Part shown: positions 63,261-64,000 of the stretch, piece by piece
How positions within the stretch are numbered: the stretch's first letter is position 1
Layout: each line of letters opens with the position of its first letter
Source of the DNA: Isurus oxyrinchus
Lineage: Eukaryota
Reading direction: 5' to 3'
DNA length: 64,000 nucleotides
Assembly: GCA_026770705.1 (NCBI GenBank)
Contig: JANJGN010000075.1
Location: 2,418,001-2,482,000 of the forward strand
Translations under genes and position numbers: made by a program
The notes under the pieces: model-generated
Databases searched by the model: none
What the model was told of the DNA's origin: nothing
What the model saw: only the letters and a program-made list of their open reading frames with translations

Positions 63261-63554
63261 CTGTGATAGTCACGGCCACAGCCTCGCTCTTTGGAGATGT
63301 TAGATGCCGATCTCTGACGGAAACTCTGTATTGACATTGGAATAGCCCTTCGCTAATTCTACCTCTAACCGGGAATGTTCCAGTATTGTCATTTGTGTCA
63401 ATTTGCCAGGAATACTGTCGTTCGTCATCTTTCTAAAAAGATAAGATTTTCTCCCGATCATCCCCAGTCGCAGTGCAGGTCATGGTCCCCGTCTCCCCTA
63501 TTACATACACTCCTGTCCATTGATCAAGTGTTATAACTGGTTTTCTTAACGGCT
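63261..63554 (-). pseudogene. Receptor gene B distal Ig exon with in-frame stop (missed by the ORF track)
   Basis: tttttaaaatcacag| to ACAG|gtgagt; 294 nt. (E)PLRKPVITLDQWTGVYVIGETGTMTCTATGDDREKILSF*KDDERQYSWQIDTNDNTGTFPVRGRISEGLFQCQYRVSVRDRHLTSPKSEAVAVTIT, with TAG at 63433-63435. Confidence 0.88.
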
Positions 63555-64000
63555 CTGTGATTTTAAAAAAAATGGACAAGTCAATTGTAACTGAGTCGCC
63601 CGAATGTAATGTTCTGTAATGGTTGGTACCACAAAGACAATTGAGCCGTACCGAAGGAGTCCGTTAACTTCAGCGAATGAGATTCGATGAAGGGTGAGTC
63701 GGGGTGTTGACTGAACTTAAAAAATAAATAATATATTTAAAAGCGCATTTGGAAAACTCTTTTTCAAAATTGCAACAGTGTATCAGGCGAGTTGTGAGAG
63801 AATTAATTCTGTGCGTGTTGCAGTGTTTGTCTGTCTTTGTGCGTTCCTGTGTTTGCGTGCGTGTGCGTGCATGTTTGTGGGCGCGTGGGCTTGCGTTTCG
63901 TGCGCGTGTGTGCCTCCATGAAACAGGTTGACTGCAGCCGGTCAAAAAAAGCGGCTCATCAGGACCTTCCAAAGGGAAATCATGGATGGCAATTTTTTGA

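Noticed and set aside
49369-63554. Assigning PDCD1, a KIR/LILR symbol or an Ig/TCR constant region
   Set aside because: Domains are multiple C2-like, not the single V-set of PD-1 or C1-set constant domains. No recombination signal sequences were noticed, and orthology cannot be established by eye.

Overview
Eukaryotic, repeat-rich vertebrate DNA, not prokaryotic. The repeat content (CR1/HER1-like LINEs, Deu-domain SINE remnants, Penelope-like terminal repeats) points to a cartilaginous fish (shark), which is an inference. Nearly all ORFs in the supplied track are spurious products of repeats. The real coding content is small minus-strand exons read by hand from splice signals. (1) At 49.4-63.6 kb lies the 3' part of a type-I immunoreceptor gene: three 294-bp phase-1/1 C2-type Ig exons of LRC/A1BG/IGSF1-like pattern (the most distal has an in-frame TAG), an uncharged TM exon, and four small cytoplasmic exons. 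These splice in frame into a tail with an ITIM (LTYADL) and a C-terminal ITSM (TLYATV). (2) At 0.07-3.2 kb lies the 5' part of a paralogous pseudogene with a split leader and an Ig exon containing TAA. Between them are nested tandem segmental duplications (5-29 kb) with an 8-copy exon-like core, a young tRNA-Thr-like SINE amplified in tandem inside its own target-site duplication, a ~1-kb satellite carrying five co-oriented extended CTCF-like motifs, three tRNA-Ala pseudogenes, Penelope-like repeats with hammerhead cores, two long inverted repeats and one assembly gap.
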